Positions 1-13,292 of a stretch of 64,000 bases of DNA are shown in pieces (position 1 is the stretch's first letter; each line of letters opens with the position of its first letter). A model generated the notes under the pieces. The model had not been told where the DNA came from. It searched no databases and saw nothing but the letters and a program-made list of their open reading frames with translations. The DNA comes from the human T2T-CHM13v2.0 reference genome, Homo sapiens. The DNA lies in NCBI RefSeq assembly GCF_009914755.1, contig NC_060936.1. The stretch is one strand, 5' to 3'. The position numbers were made by a program, and so were the translations under genes.

Positions 1-2
1 CA

Positions 3-407
<405 letters not shown>

Positions 408-2976
408 TTAGATTTAAGAATGCACATAGGTTTAAAGTGAGAAGATGGAAAAAGATATTTCATGCCAATGTTAACTAAAAGACAGCACAGGTAGCCATAC
501 TTAGAGAAATTAAACTTCAAGTCAAAGATGGTCACAAGAGACAAAAAAACGGACATTATATAGTGATAAATGCATCAATTCACCAGGAAGATATAAGTAC
601 ATTGCACCCAACATTAAAGCACACAAATATAAGAAGCAAATATTGACAGAAGTGATGATAAATATAGAACAACATAATAGTGAGAGATTTTAATATCTCA
701 CTTTCAATAATGGATAAAAAATCCAGATAGAAGATCAATAAGGAAACAGAGAACTCAAACAACACTATGGCCCAAGTGGACCTATCAAACAAATACAGAA
801 CATTCTACCCAACAACAGCAAATTATACATTCTTCTCAAACACACATAGAACAGTCTCCAGAATAGCTCACATGCTAGCCCACGAAACAAATCTTAACAA
901 ATTTAAGGAGGCTAAAATCATACCAAGTATCTTTTCTGACAACAGAATAAAATGAGACATTGCTAAGAGAAATAATTTCAGAAAGTTCTCAAATATGTGG
1001 AAATTAAAAAACACTCTTGAACAACCAATGAGTCAAAGAAGAAATCAAAAGAAAAATCAGAAAATATTTTGAGAAAAACAAAAACTAAAGCACAACATAG
1101 CAAAGCTTATGGGAAACAGCAAAAGCAATAAAAGGAAAGTTTACAGCAGTAAATGTCTACAGTAAGAAAGATCTCAAACAAATAACCTAATTTTACAATG
1201 TAAGAACTAGAAAATGAATAAACTAAGCCGTAAGTTAGCAGAAGGAAGGAAATAATAAAGATTTGAGGAAAAATAAATGAAATATAGAATACAAAATATC
1301 AATAAAACTTAGAATTGGTTTTTTAAAGGTCAACAAAATTAACAAAGCTTTAGCTAGATTAACCAAGACAAAAAGAGAAGACTCAAATAAATAAAATCAG
1401 AAATAGAAGAGCTTACATTACAATTGATAGCGCAGAAATAAAAAGGTTAGTAAGAGACTACTATGAACAACTACACACTAACAAATTGGATAACCTAAAG
1501 AAATGAATAAATCCCTGAAACATACAACCTACCAAGCCTGAATGATGAATAAACAGAAAATCTGAACAGCCCCATCATTAGTAAGGAGATGAAATTAGTA
1601 ATCATAATCTCTCAATAAATAAGAGCTCAGATGCTTTCACTGGATAATTCTACCAAAGATTTAAAGAAGAATTAATGCCAATCTTTCTCACACTCTTCCA
1701 AAACACTGAAGTGGGAAACCTACTTTATGAAGCCAGAATTACCCTGATACCAAAGTCAAAGACTTTACATTAAAAAAAACTACAAGTCAATATTCCTGAT
1801 GAACACAGATGCAAAAATTCTCAACAAAATGACAGCAAACTGAATTAAACAGCACAATCAAAGGATAATACACTCTGACGGAGTGGGATTTATCCCTCAG
1901 ATAGGAGAATGGCTCAACGTCTAAAAATCAATAAAGGTGATACATAGCATTAACAGAACAAAGGATAAAAATCATACTATCATGTCAACAGATACAGATA
2001 AAGCATTTGTCATAATTCAAACACCATTTCATGATTAAAACATTCAACAAACTAAGAATAGAAGAAAATTACCTCAACAAAATAAAGGCCATTAATGAAA
2101 ATACCACAGCTAACATCACACCGAATAGTGCAAAACTAAAAGCTTTTCCTCTAATCAGGAAGACGGCAAAGATGCCCACTCTCACCACTTCTATTCAACA
2201 TAGTACGAGAAGTCTTAGCTAGAGCAATGAATCAAGAAGATATGAACATCACCCAAATCAAAAAAGAAGTAAAATTATCTCCATTTGCAGATGACATGAT
2301 CATATGCATAGAAAACTCTAAAGATTTCACCAAAAATTTGTTAGCAAATTCAGCGAAGTTAAAACAAATTCAGTTGCAGAATACAAAATCAACATACAAA
2401 ACCATTTGTTTCAATACACTAACAATGAACCTGTCCACATGAAAAAGAATGAAATTGGACCCTTACCTTATATCATACACAAAGTTAACCCAAAATCAAA
2501 CTTAAACACTGATACGTAAAACCTGAAATTATAAAACTCCTAAAAGAAAACACAAGAACTTTGCAACATTGGTCTTGGCGACGATTTCTTGGATATCATT
2601 GCCAAAAACAAGGCAACAAAAGCAAAAATAGACAAGTGGGACTACAGCAAACCAAAAAGCTTCTGTGCAGCCAAAGAAACAATCAACAGAATAAAAAGGC
2701 AGCCTACAGAATGGAAGAAAATATTTGCAAACCGTACATTTGATAAAGGGTTAATATCCAAAATATATTAGGAACTCATACAACTCAATAGCAAAAAAAA
2801 AAAAAATGCAAATAACCCAATTTAAAAATGAGCAAAGGACTTGAAAAGACATTCCTCCAAAGAGACATCCAAAAACTCAATTATATGAAAAAATATCCAA
2901 CATTACTGATCATCAGGGAAATGCAAATCAAAACCATAATGAGGTATCACCTCATACGTGCTAGAATGGCCATTAT

Positions 2977-2980
<4 letters not shown>

Positions 2981-3012
<32 letters not shown>
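2981..3012. repeat. (CA)n microsatellite
   Basis: direct reading. Confidence 0.95.
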
Positions 3013-3014
<2 letters not shown>

Positions 3015-5165
3015 AGGAAATACCACGTGTTAACAAGAATGTGAAGAAATTGAAACCCTTGTGCATTGATGGTAGGAATGTAAAGTGGTGTCGCGACTAC
3101 AGAAAACAGTAAGAAGGTTCCTCAAAAAATTAAAACTAGTATTAGCATATGACCCAGTAATCCCACTTCTGGGTATTCATCCAAAAGCATTGAAATCAGG
3201 ATCTCAAAAAGGTACTTATACACTTCCACATTCACTGCAACATTATTCACAATAGCCAAGAGTTAGAAATAATCCAAATGCACATCAGTGGACAAATGGA
3301 TAAAGAAAATGTGGTATATACATGCAATGGAATACTATTCAGTCTTTAGAAAGAAGGAAATCCTTTCATATGCCACAACATAGATGAACTTGGAGGATGT
3401 TAAGCTAAGTGAAATGAGCCAGTCACAGAAGGATAACTACTGCATGAATCCACTTACAGGAGGTATCTAAAATCGTCAAATTCATAGAAGCAAAAAGCAG
3501 AATGGTGGTTGCGGGGGCTAGGGGAAGGGGAAAATGGGAAGTTGCTGTTCAGTGGGCATAGTTTCAGTCACACAAAACAAAAACTTCTAGAGATCTGCTG
3601 TACAACAACTTGCAAATAGCTAACAATATGGTATTGTACACTGGAAAATTTATTAATAGGGTAGATCTCATGTGTTTCTTATCACAACTTTTCTAATGGG
3701 AAAATGGGGAAAGGCATGAGCAGAAAATTCACAAAATTAGACCAAAAAATGGCAATTAAACATATGATAAAATGTTTAACCTCACTCATCATTAGAGAAA
3801 TGAATTTCAAGTACACTGAGATACTATTTCTTTCCTGAAAAGTAAGAAATTTGCAAAAAAAATAAATAAAAACTGTAACAACACACTCAGCAAGGCCGTG
3901 GAGATGCATGCACTCTCATACCTCGCTGATCGAAAACCAAACTGATGGACATTCCAGTTTTGCACAACCACATCTCACCTGTTAGAGGAGAATCTGGGAA
4001 TGTCTAAGGGGAACTTCATATGCACTTATCTTTTGACCCAAGAATCTCACTTCTAGGAATCTACCCTGAAGACACACCTCCAACCATATGAAAATTCGTT
4101 CGTATGTTCAGGTTTACTCATTGCAGCATTGCTTGTCATTACAAAACACTGGAAACAGCCTAAACGCACATCCATAGAAGAACAGTTGGGTAACCTATGG
4201 TACACAGTGAAGTATTAGGAAGCTCTCTTTGAAATGACATCGAGTAATTTCCAGGATATGCTTTTAATCACAAAAGGCAAAGCTCTTTGTACAGAGGAAA
4301 GCTGACCATACCCTCCTTCCCAGAGGCAGGCAGCCTAAATTGGAACTGGGAGGTGTTTTAACTCTAATCAAATTCAAAGTTTTGATTATTACGCAAGAGT
4401 GGGTATCTAGTTATCAACTGAGACTTTGTCTTCTGACAAAGTAACTATAGAATTCTTTATGAATAAACAGAAGAAACCTAAAGTCTGGTGGAGTTTTCAC
4501 CTAGACCAAGAGGGAAATTTATCTCACTAAATAAATTCTAAAGGGGGAATGAGCTATAAATACAGTTTTGATTGCATCCCACCAGTTATGCCTGTTCAGC
4601 ATAAAGGTTACAATCCACTGCTGAGTCATGGTCACCATAAGCAGTCATTGCTCCCAAACATGAGACAGAAGGCTAACCCAGCCCATGGATGACATGCTCT
4701 CCACAAGTGTACATGAGATGGACTTTAAATATTTCCTCCTCTTAATCCAGGCCGCCTTGGTGATGTACTGTTGCTATAGGTGTGGTTGGAGAGTTTTCTG
4801 GAAGCGTCTCTCTTACTGCTATACTTCCACTGCTATACCCTGAATACACAGATTCCTAAAGGTTGACTTGCCAACAGCCAAGCTGAGCATTGACCTCAGA
4901 AAAGCAATTCTTCCTTCCAGTTATGCATAATCTGGGGAAGTGCCTTCCAAAGACAGAGAAAGAGGGCAGTGATCCCTGAGACTGGCTGCATGCATGTCCA
5001 AAGAGCACAGGAGGAAAGGAAGGTGAGTGAAGGTAGCACTGTGCATGTGGTGATGAGGGAAAGGGTACTTCTGGGCTGGTGGGTGCCTGCTCTACTTTTC
5101 TGCACAGCCAAGCTAAAAGCACTGCCCCTTTGACGCTGCCCTGGCTGGAGAAGCAAAGGACTCAC

Positions 5166-5343
5166 AGGGGCAGGTCCAGCGGCAGCCACAGGTCTCTTCC
5201 ACTTTAACAGGGGACTGGCTGTTAGGGCACGAAGGCCTCAGCCCCCGGTCACAGTTGACCCGATGACTCTTCAGCAAGGTCTGGCCATCTGGCTGGCAAG
5301 TCACGGTGTGGCACTGGTCTGGCAAGGTCCAGACGTCCCCGGG
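5166..5343 (-). CDS. VWF: VWF exon 34 (178 nt), D4N: [21 protein letters not shown]...RWTCP
   Basis: translation; gcag|CCC, CCT|gtgagt. Confidence 0.97.
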
Positions 5344-5635
5344 CTGCAGAAGAAAACAGCAGATTCAGGCAGGGAATAAGATGAGGTACTCCAACTCTAA
5401 GCCCATCTGCCAGACAACTGACCCCTAGAATTGAACACAGGCCTACACAGCAAGGAGGCCTCCTGTACATGAGACAGGAAGCAAAACACAAGATGTACAG
5501 ATGGACCCGCAAAAACAAGATAATAGTAAAAGGAAGCACTGGACTAAGACCAAAGGAGGAAAAATTAACCAGTGGGAACAAGAGCCCCAAACACATCTCT
5601 AACCTTTCTTTCAAAGTCAACAGAAAGGAACTTAC

Positions 5636-5679
5636 CCTCTTCTCATTCCCATCCTCATCCATGCAAATCCTAACAAATC
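5636..5679 (-). CDS. VWF: VWF exon 33 (44 nt): FVRICMDEDGNEKR
   Basis: translation; gcag|GAT, AGG|gtaagt. Confidence 0.96.
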
Positions 5680-6159
5680 CTGCAACAGACACAAATAAGA
5701 CCTTAGTTCCCATCTTTCACCCAGAAATTCTGAACCATTCACAATGTCTGCTTAAGCAACCTGGTCTAGTTTTTGAAGTCAACTCAACTCTGAAAAGAAT
5801 CTGAACAAGGTTAACAGTGGAGACATAGGGACATGAGGCTGAGGTGGTCATCCTGTGGTTCTTCAGACATGCTCTGCAGTTATTAATAATTATGATGCCA
5901 ACAACAGCGATAATATGGCAATAACTACAGCTTACGCTGTCATTATCTTGGTTCACATGTAGATCACGCCAGGGATGGGGAAGGTGGGGAGATGAAGCAA
6001 GATCCTGGAAACCTGAAAGAGATCTACTTGAAGATTCCTACCAGGAGAGCTGCCATCTCTCTGTACAGCTAATGTTATTAGCTATAAGTCAAAACTTGCA
6101 TAGAGTTATTGCCCTTTAAGGGCAAACTTGCATTGACTTATTCCCCCGAAGGACAGTAG

Positions 6160-6550
<391 letters not shown>

Positions 6551-7030
6551 AAAAGCATATTTTTTAAGTTTCTAACCTAAAATCAACTTAAACTATGGTA
6601 CTTTGATATGAGTCTCCGTGTTATCGTATTTCTAAAGCCCTTTATACCCATGTTGAGAGTTAGTCTAGGCCCATGGGGAAGAAGACTATACCTACGGAAC
6701 GCTGGGGTTCCTTGCTTATGTCTTCTGATTCTTTTGTCCAAGATCCCTCTACACAAATAAGCTTAGGCTCTCTCTGCCAAGTTCACATGGACAATTAGAG
6801 TGGAAATAGGACCATACACAGAAAGCTTTCTGCTGGCCCCATGGGGGCTTGTGGTATACACCTCCCATGAACAGAAACTTAAAGGTCCTGGTCTATATAA
6901 TAATCTTCATTCAAGGCCAAATCTTATGCATGGGCACCCTGGGGTCTCTTGAATACTATTTTTGTTTCTTTGGCGGGTTTATTTTGGAACTTTTTTTTGA
7001 GGGAAGTAAGAAAGGTATTATAAGACTCAC

Positions 7031-7195
7031 CAGAGCACAGTTTGTGGAGGAAGGAATTGCCCAAGGTGACCATGGTAGGGAGGTCTTCGATTCGCTGGAG
7101 CTTCACCACGTTGGAGTCGCCTGCTGGGCCTGCCAAGATCCGTAGCTGGGCTGCATCGTAGCGATCTCCAATTCCAATAGGGAACACTGTCACTC
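7031..7195 (-). CDS. VWF: VWF exon 32 (165 nt), end of A3: [22 protein letters not shown]...HKLCS
   Basis: translation; ctag|GAG, CTG|gtgagt. Confidence 0.97.
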
Positions 7196-7334
7196 CTAGA
7201 GTTAGCAAAGAGACAAGAAAGGATCTGTGGGCAAGAAGGCTCAAAATGGACTGGCCTGACGTTATATCCAGCATCTGAATACAGCCTCATGTTTTCCAGG
7301 CTGGTCACATACATCAGCCCTATGAGGAAGATGT

Positions 7335-8380
7335 TCAGTCAACAGATATTAATGAGCTGCTACTCTGTGTCAGGTACTATTGTAAGCAATAGGGGTACAG
7401 CAGTGAACCAAGCACATAAAGTCCCTCCCTGTCCCCCGTCCTCATGGAGAGATAGACAACAAACACACAAACAAAGTAAATATATAGAATTTCAGATGTG
7501 GATAAATGCTTAGGAAAAAAACAAAATGAGATAAGGGGGATGAGAATGCCCAGGGCTGAGGTGTGGGTTATCGTTGCATATATGGCAGTTGGAGAAGCAT
7601 TTGGTGAAAAGATGGCATCTGAGCAGAAACCTGATGTAAGGATGGAAGGAGCCAAGAGGATGTCTGAGGGAGGGACATCCCAAGCAGAGAGAAGAGTGAG
7701 TGCAAAGGCCCCAGAGCAGAAATGTGACTGCATGCTCCCGGGGGCTGGGGAGAGAGGGACAAGCAAGAGAGGGAAAGGGCATGGATCAGGCAATGCTCCA
7801 TTGGCCACAGTAAGGGCTCACCATGTTCTGTGAATGAAACAAAGCCAGCCAAGACTACAGAGCAGAGGGACAGGAGCTGATTTTGATATTAAAGGGCCAC
7901 TGCAGCTGCTGTGCTGAGAATGATCTGCAGGGGACAAAGGTGGAAGCTGGGGTTCCAGTTAGACAGCTATTTCAATAGTCCAGGTGAGAGATGATGGGGA
8001 CTCGGATTGAGGTGACCCTAGTGGACATGGTGTGGGGAGGTGTGACTCTCGAAGTATTTTGAAGATGGAGCTATAGTTTGTTCGTGGCTTGCATGGAGGT
8101 ATCAGGGAAAAGGAAGAAGAATCAAGGATGCTGAGCTTTTTGAACTGAACAACTGGAAGGTTGGAATTGCCATTTTCTAAGATAAGAAAGACAGATGTGA
8201 AAATCAGGAGTTTAGTTTTGCCTATTAGAGCATGCAAACTGAGTTGAGGTGAGGCTGGAGATACGAATTTCAAAGTCAAAGATGTATAAATGTATTTAGA
8301 CCCATGACACTGAACTAGACCACCAAGGGGGTATATGTAAGAAGAGAAGAGAAAATATCACAGGGCTGAGCCCAGAGAAT
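7335..8380 (-). mobile_element. L2 LINE fragment
   Basis: L2 3'-end-like tcaacagatattaatgagc..tgtgtcagg and typical L2 body sequence. Confidence 0.65.
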
Positions 8381-9638
8381 GTGCATGCTCATTTACACAT
8401 GAGAAACCGAGGCTTTGGACGGTTAAATGACTTGCTCTGGATCATATCTGCTTCAAGACCACAACTGCTTTCTTTCCCAGTGAAAATCTTTCTTTGGATT
8501 CTTGATACTGAAGGGGAAAAAATCTCCATCCTGAAATTCCTCAATTCAGCTCTCCAGAAAGTTCTAGGAATTTGCAATGTGCTTCAGGTTGGAACGGATT
8601 TTCTATTAGCAGCTTTTCAGCTCTTGTAAGTTCGTTATATTATCCAAATATATATCCTTTCCCTTTTAGTGTCCTTTACCCTAAAATCATAGATTTCATA
8701 AACATGTCACATTCATTCACTCAACAAACGTTAAATGGTCACCTATTTTGTGCATCATACACAGATGATACAAAAATAAGCAAGATCTTCCCTTGCCTTC
8801 AAAGAACTCCCAGTTTTTTGCAAGGAATAGATATGTTACAAATACAATACAATACAATACGATTTGCACATTTTGAGTAGCTCATATGTGACATAGAGAA
8901 CGGAGCAAATAACTTCCTCAGGAAGAACATCAGGAAGACAGCAGAGAAAAGACAGGGTTCTGACAGCACTCCTAGGCAGGGTTCTGAAAGATGAACAGTT
9001 CTCCAGGTGGCCACGAGGGGACTCAATGTCACTCCACTCACCCAGACCTCCTTCAGCTGGGAGGTGGTCCCTAGACTCTACCACCTGTCCCAGCTCACAT
9101 CCTGTTGATATTAAGAACATGATAAGCACATGTTCTTATGGAGCACAAGGCTGGACATCTGGATCCTTCCCTTTCCTACAGCATGATCCTTTGTCTCTCA
9201 TCCATCAACCCTGCCAAGCCCATTACCTGGTACCAGGAAAGGACTCTAAATACATGAAAGCCCCCATTGGTTCTCAAGGCCCTACAATGAATCACTCTGG
9301 CCTCAGACATGACATTTTAGTAAGAGACCACGAATCCTACTTTAGAAAGAAAGGGCATAGAGGTATGATCACTCCTGGACACAAAGGGAAAATGTGGAGA
9401 AATTAAAGATTATAATTAGTTATAAAGATATAGGATCAATACACACTTTTTATTGTTTGGTTTCCTAATCACATCGTGGTTGGATAATTTCCTGCTGTTT
9501 GAAACCAGGACAGAGGTTGGTATTGAGCATATTTAATATCAGCCACAACATCCAAAAGTAACCCCAGCCCACTTTTAATCCTCTATCATTTCTGAAGTCT
9601 CGCTCTCCTGAATTGAGGACTGTACACCAGATTCTTAC

Positions 9639-9782
9639 TGTTGGACCTGGCGGCATCAGCTGCTGCATCCACTGAATCCACAGAGACGTCCGTGACCAGG
9701 ATGACCACCGCCTTTGAGGCTCCCGGCCTGGCACCATGCATTTCTGAAGTCAAGTATCGCACAGCAAAGCCCAAGGCATCCC
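9639..9782 (-). CDS. VWF: VWF exon 31 (144 nt), A3: [26 protein letters not shown]...ARSN
   Basis: translation; tcag|GGG, ACA|gtaaga. Confidence 0.97.
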
Positions 9783-10065
9783 CTGAGGATGGAGAACAGA
9801 TCACGCCAAGTCAGTACTGACTGCGGCTCGACACCCTGTCTTAACGGTGGATCCTTAAGTCACTTAAAAGCTGAATGATTCAGAAACTCCAAGGAACACC
9901 CAGTTGAGATCTGGAGAGACGTGGAAGAGCATCTAGCCCCTCACTTTCCAGGAGAAGAAACTAAGGCCAAGGAGCAAAGTGACTGGCCGAGGTCACACAG
10001 TCACTTATGCCAAAAATAAGAACCAGAATGCAGCTTCTGCATCCAGCCTGTGGCACCAACGTTAC

Positions 10066-10206
10066 CGATTTGGCTGGGGCCTCCCTCCCGCTGCATGACG
10101 TCCACAAGGCTCAGCAAATGGGCTTTCTCCGGGACCACGTTCCATGGCACGTCAATGGTGGTGATGCTTCCATACTGCAGCACTGACACCTGAGTGAGAC
10201 GAGGCC
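10066..10206 (-). CDS. VWF: VWF exon 30 (141 nt), A3: [31 protein letters not shown]...SQI
   Basis: translation; ttag|GGC, TCG|gtaacg. Confidence 0.97.
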
Positions 10207-10303
10207 CTAAACGGAACGAGAAAATGCGGATTATTTTGAATCAAGTAGAGCCACAAAAAGAGCCTCTTCGTCACCTGCTGCTTCAGGTGCCTCGCTCACC
10301 CAC

Positions 10304-10420
10304 CTATATTGGCTTTTGAAATGAAAGCCTTGGCGAAACTCTTCATTTCATCAAAATAAGAAGCTGGGAAACTGGAGGAGCCATCCAGGAGAAGGATCAC
10401 GTCCAGGGGCTGGCTGCAGT
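10304..10420 (-). CDS. VWF: VWF exon 29 (117 nt), A3: [39 protein letters not shown]
   Basis: manual translation; gcag|ACT, TAG|gtgggt. Confidence 0.96.
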
Positions 10421-11174
10421 CTGCAAAGACAACCAGGAAGGTGAGCACACAGGTGCCAGCAGGGACAATGGCCACCAGGCCTACAACCTGACATCCAATA
10501 GGATCTGCAGGGCGTGCTGACCACGTGGCACCACCAAGGGGGGCGGGGGGTGCCTTCGTGAGTACAAGGGCAATGTGGGCCAGGGAGGAGGGGATGGGGA
10601 GATGGAGTTCCTGGGTCCGGACTACCTCAGATTTAGAGACACTGAGAAGACTCCAATTCTACCCAAAGGAAGTTTAAATGTCTACAAATAAAAGCAGCAG
10701 GCATAGGCTTCCTCGGTAAGAAGGGGCCACCATTCTTCTAGAAATGAGTAAAATACTGGCCTGGCAATACAAGGAGACTGCAAAAGGAAATGGAGCGGCA
10801 GCCCCTCCCTGGACAATGAGCTGCTGTGTCCTCAGATCTTGCAGGGCAGGTGAACATACTGTGATTCTTCCAGCTATAAATGCCTAGTGCTCCTGTTAGT
10901 GTCTGAGCACATCTGAGATTTGATGAAATGATGTAATTGTTGTTTTCCTCAGCAGAAATATTACAAGAATTTAAATAAATCTATGGCCGTGAATAAAAAC
11001 AAAAACAAAGAAACAAAAGTACTGACAAGTGTGTGACTCAAAAGATACTAAAAGAAGGCTTATTATTCTGGGATGGTCCCAAACACACCGAATAAAGATG
11101 TTCAGGAACTAGGAATGGATTAGACGCCAGTGTCAGTAAAAGGTAGTAGTAACAGCAGTGGGAGCAAGCATTTT

Positions 11175-11430
11175 TTTTTGAGCACTTGTCATGTGCCAGA
11201 TACTATTTTAAGCAAGTAGGTGCTATTATTATCCCCATTTTATAGATGAGGATACACAAAGATGTGTATCCTTTGTATAGATGATATACAAAGAGGTTAA
11301 GTATTTGCCTTATCCTTTGTATAGACGATATACAAAGAGGTTAAGTATTTGCCCAAAATTACCCAGCTAGCAAGTAGCAGAGATAAGATTCAAACTAAGG
11401 CAGTCTGACTCCAGTGTCTGAAGACTGCAC
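11175..11430 (-). mobile_element. MIR with an internal tandem duplication and hairpins
   Basis: atccccattttatagatgagg...gaggttaagtatttgcccaa MIR core. Confidence 0.8.
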
Positions 11431-11913
11431 CTGCTACCTGACACCTGACATCCTGGTCTTGCCCTGAAGAATGTCAGCTACTCGGAATAATTTCACCCAC
11501 CCAGTGTGGTCAAAATGAAGCTTATCATCACCACCTTTAACAGAGGTTACCTTGAAGGCAGAGGGTGGAATTGGGTGGGGAAGAGGCTGTGTGATAAAGT
11601 AAGACTTGCATTTTTTTTTTTTTTTACTCCTTATTGGCATTGTTTAAATGTTAACAATAGGCTTCCATTACCTTTGAATTTATAGAAGCACACACAATAA
11701 GAAAAGATCTTCCCCCGAAAAAGGATCACAGTTTGTCTCCCTGCCAGGGAGGTGAGGAAACACAGGCCCTTTGAAGGCAAGTTTCAACCAAGGCCACACA
11801 GACCAGGGAAGCCAGGATTAGAACCCGAGTCGTATCTTGGCAGATGCATGTAGCACCAAGGCCATGCCAGCCCTCGCCCAGCCCTCCCACCTGCACACAA
11901 GGTGCCAGCATAC

Positions 11914-13292
11914 CAGGTGCAGGGGAGAGGGTGGGGATCTGCAGCCCCTCTCCGGAGCAGCACCTCTGCAGCACCAGGTCAGGAGCCTCTCGGGGGAGCG
12001 TCTCAAAGTCCTGGATGAGGATAGGGGCATTGGGCCAGCCAATCCTCTCCAGCTCCTGCACGTTGGCATTAGGGCCCACTCCAATGGGCACCACCTGGAT
12101 GTCTCCAGGCAGCCTCTTGATCTCATCAGAGGCAGGATTTCCGGTGACCATGTAGACCAGGTTGGGCGCCTGCTCCCGGTCACCCTGGCTGACCAAGAAG
12201 CTGTGGTCAGAGAGGTACCGCAGGGCCAGCCCAGTGTTGGTCCTGTTGCCGCCCTGGTAGCGGATCTCTCGCACCCGCTGCAGGATGTCCCCTTTGGACT
12301 GTGCCTCGCTGAAGGGGTACTCCACGGTCACCATGTAGGAGTACTGCAGCACCGTGACGTGGATGCTGTCCTGGCCCACATCCATCCGCTGAATCACCTC
12401 CTCCATGAACTCCTTGCTCCTGTTGAAGTCGGCTTCACCAATTTTGTCCGATCCTTCCAGGACGAACGCCACATCCAGAACCATGGAGTTCCTCTTGGGC
12501 CCCAGGGTCGAAACCCCCAAGAGCCCCGGGCCCACAGTGACTTGTGCCATGTCGGGGGGCAGAGTAGGAGGAGGGGCTTCAGGGGCAAGGTCACAGAGGT
12601 AGCTAACGATCTCGTCCCTTTGCTGCTCCAGCTCATCCACACTGCTCAGCACGAAGGCCTTGTTCTCAGGGGCCTGCTTCTCGATGAGGCGGATCTGCTT
12701 GAGGTTGGCATGGGGCCCAATGCCCACCGGGATCACAATGACCTTCTTCTTCTTCAGGCCCTGGACGTAGCGGACAAAGTTCCGGGACATCCGTTGGGGC
12801 TCCTGGCTGGCCATCAGGAGCAGGGCGATGCGGGAGGCTTCAGGGCGGTCGATCTTGCTGAAGATTTGGAACAGTGTGTATTTCAAGACCTCGCTGGTGG
12901 AGGCCACCTGGCTGCCCGCATACTTCACCTGGCTGGCAATGCGCCGCAGCTCTGACGGTCGCTTCCGGTCCTTGAGCCCGATGTAGGCGTGGGAGCCGTC
13001 GTGGTACTCCACCACGGCCACGCGGACCCACTTCTGGGAGATGCGCAGCCGCTCCATCATGTCCACCACAAAGGCCTTCAGCACTTCAAACTCAGCCTCG
13101 GACAGCCTGGAGGAGCCATCCAGCAGGAAGACCAGGTCCAGTAGCCTGCTGCAGTAGAAATCGTGCAACGGCGGTTCCGAGATGTCCTCCACATACAGAG
13201 TGGTGGGGCTCACCGGGGCATCTGTGGGAGGCACCACCAGGCCTCCCGGCTCCTGGCAGGCTTCACAGGTGAGGTTGACAACATCACAGTGG
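11914..13292 (-). CDS. VWF: VWF exon 28 (1379 nt): A1 (GPIb-alpha binding) and A2 domains, including the ADAMTS13 scissile bond Y1605-M1606 (12154-12149)
   Basis: core of the 569-aa ORF 11726..13435; gcag|CCA, CTG|gtatgc. Confidence 0.99.

Noticed and set aside
11837-12955. 372-aa plus-strand ORF antisense to exon 28
   Set aside because: Shadow ORF from GC-rich codon usage of the VWF frame; no promoter or splice context and no recognisable domain
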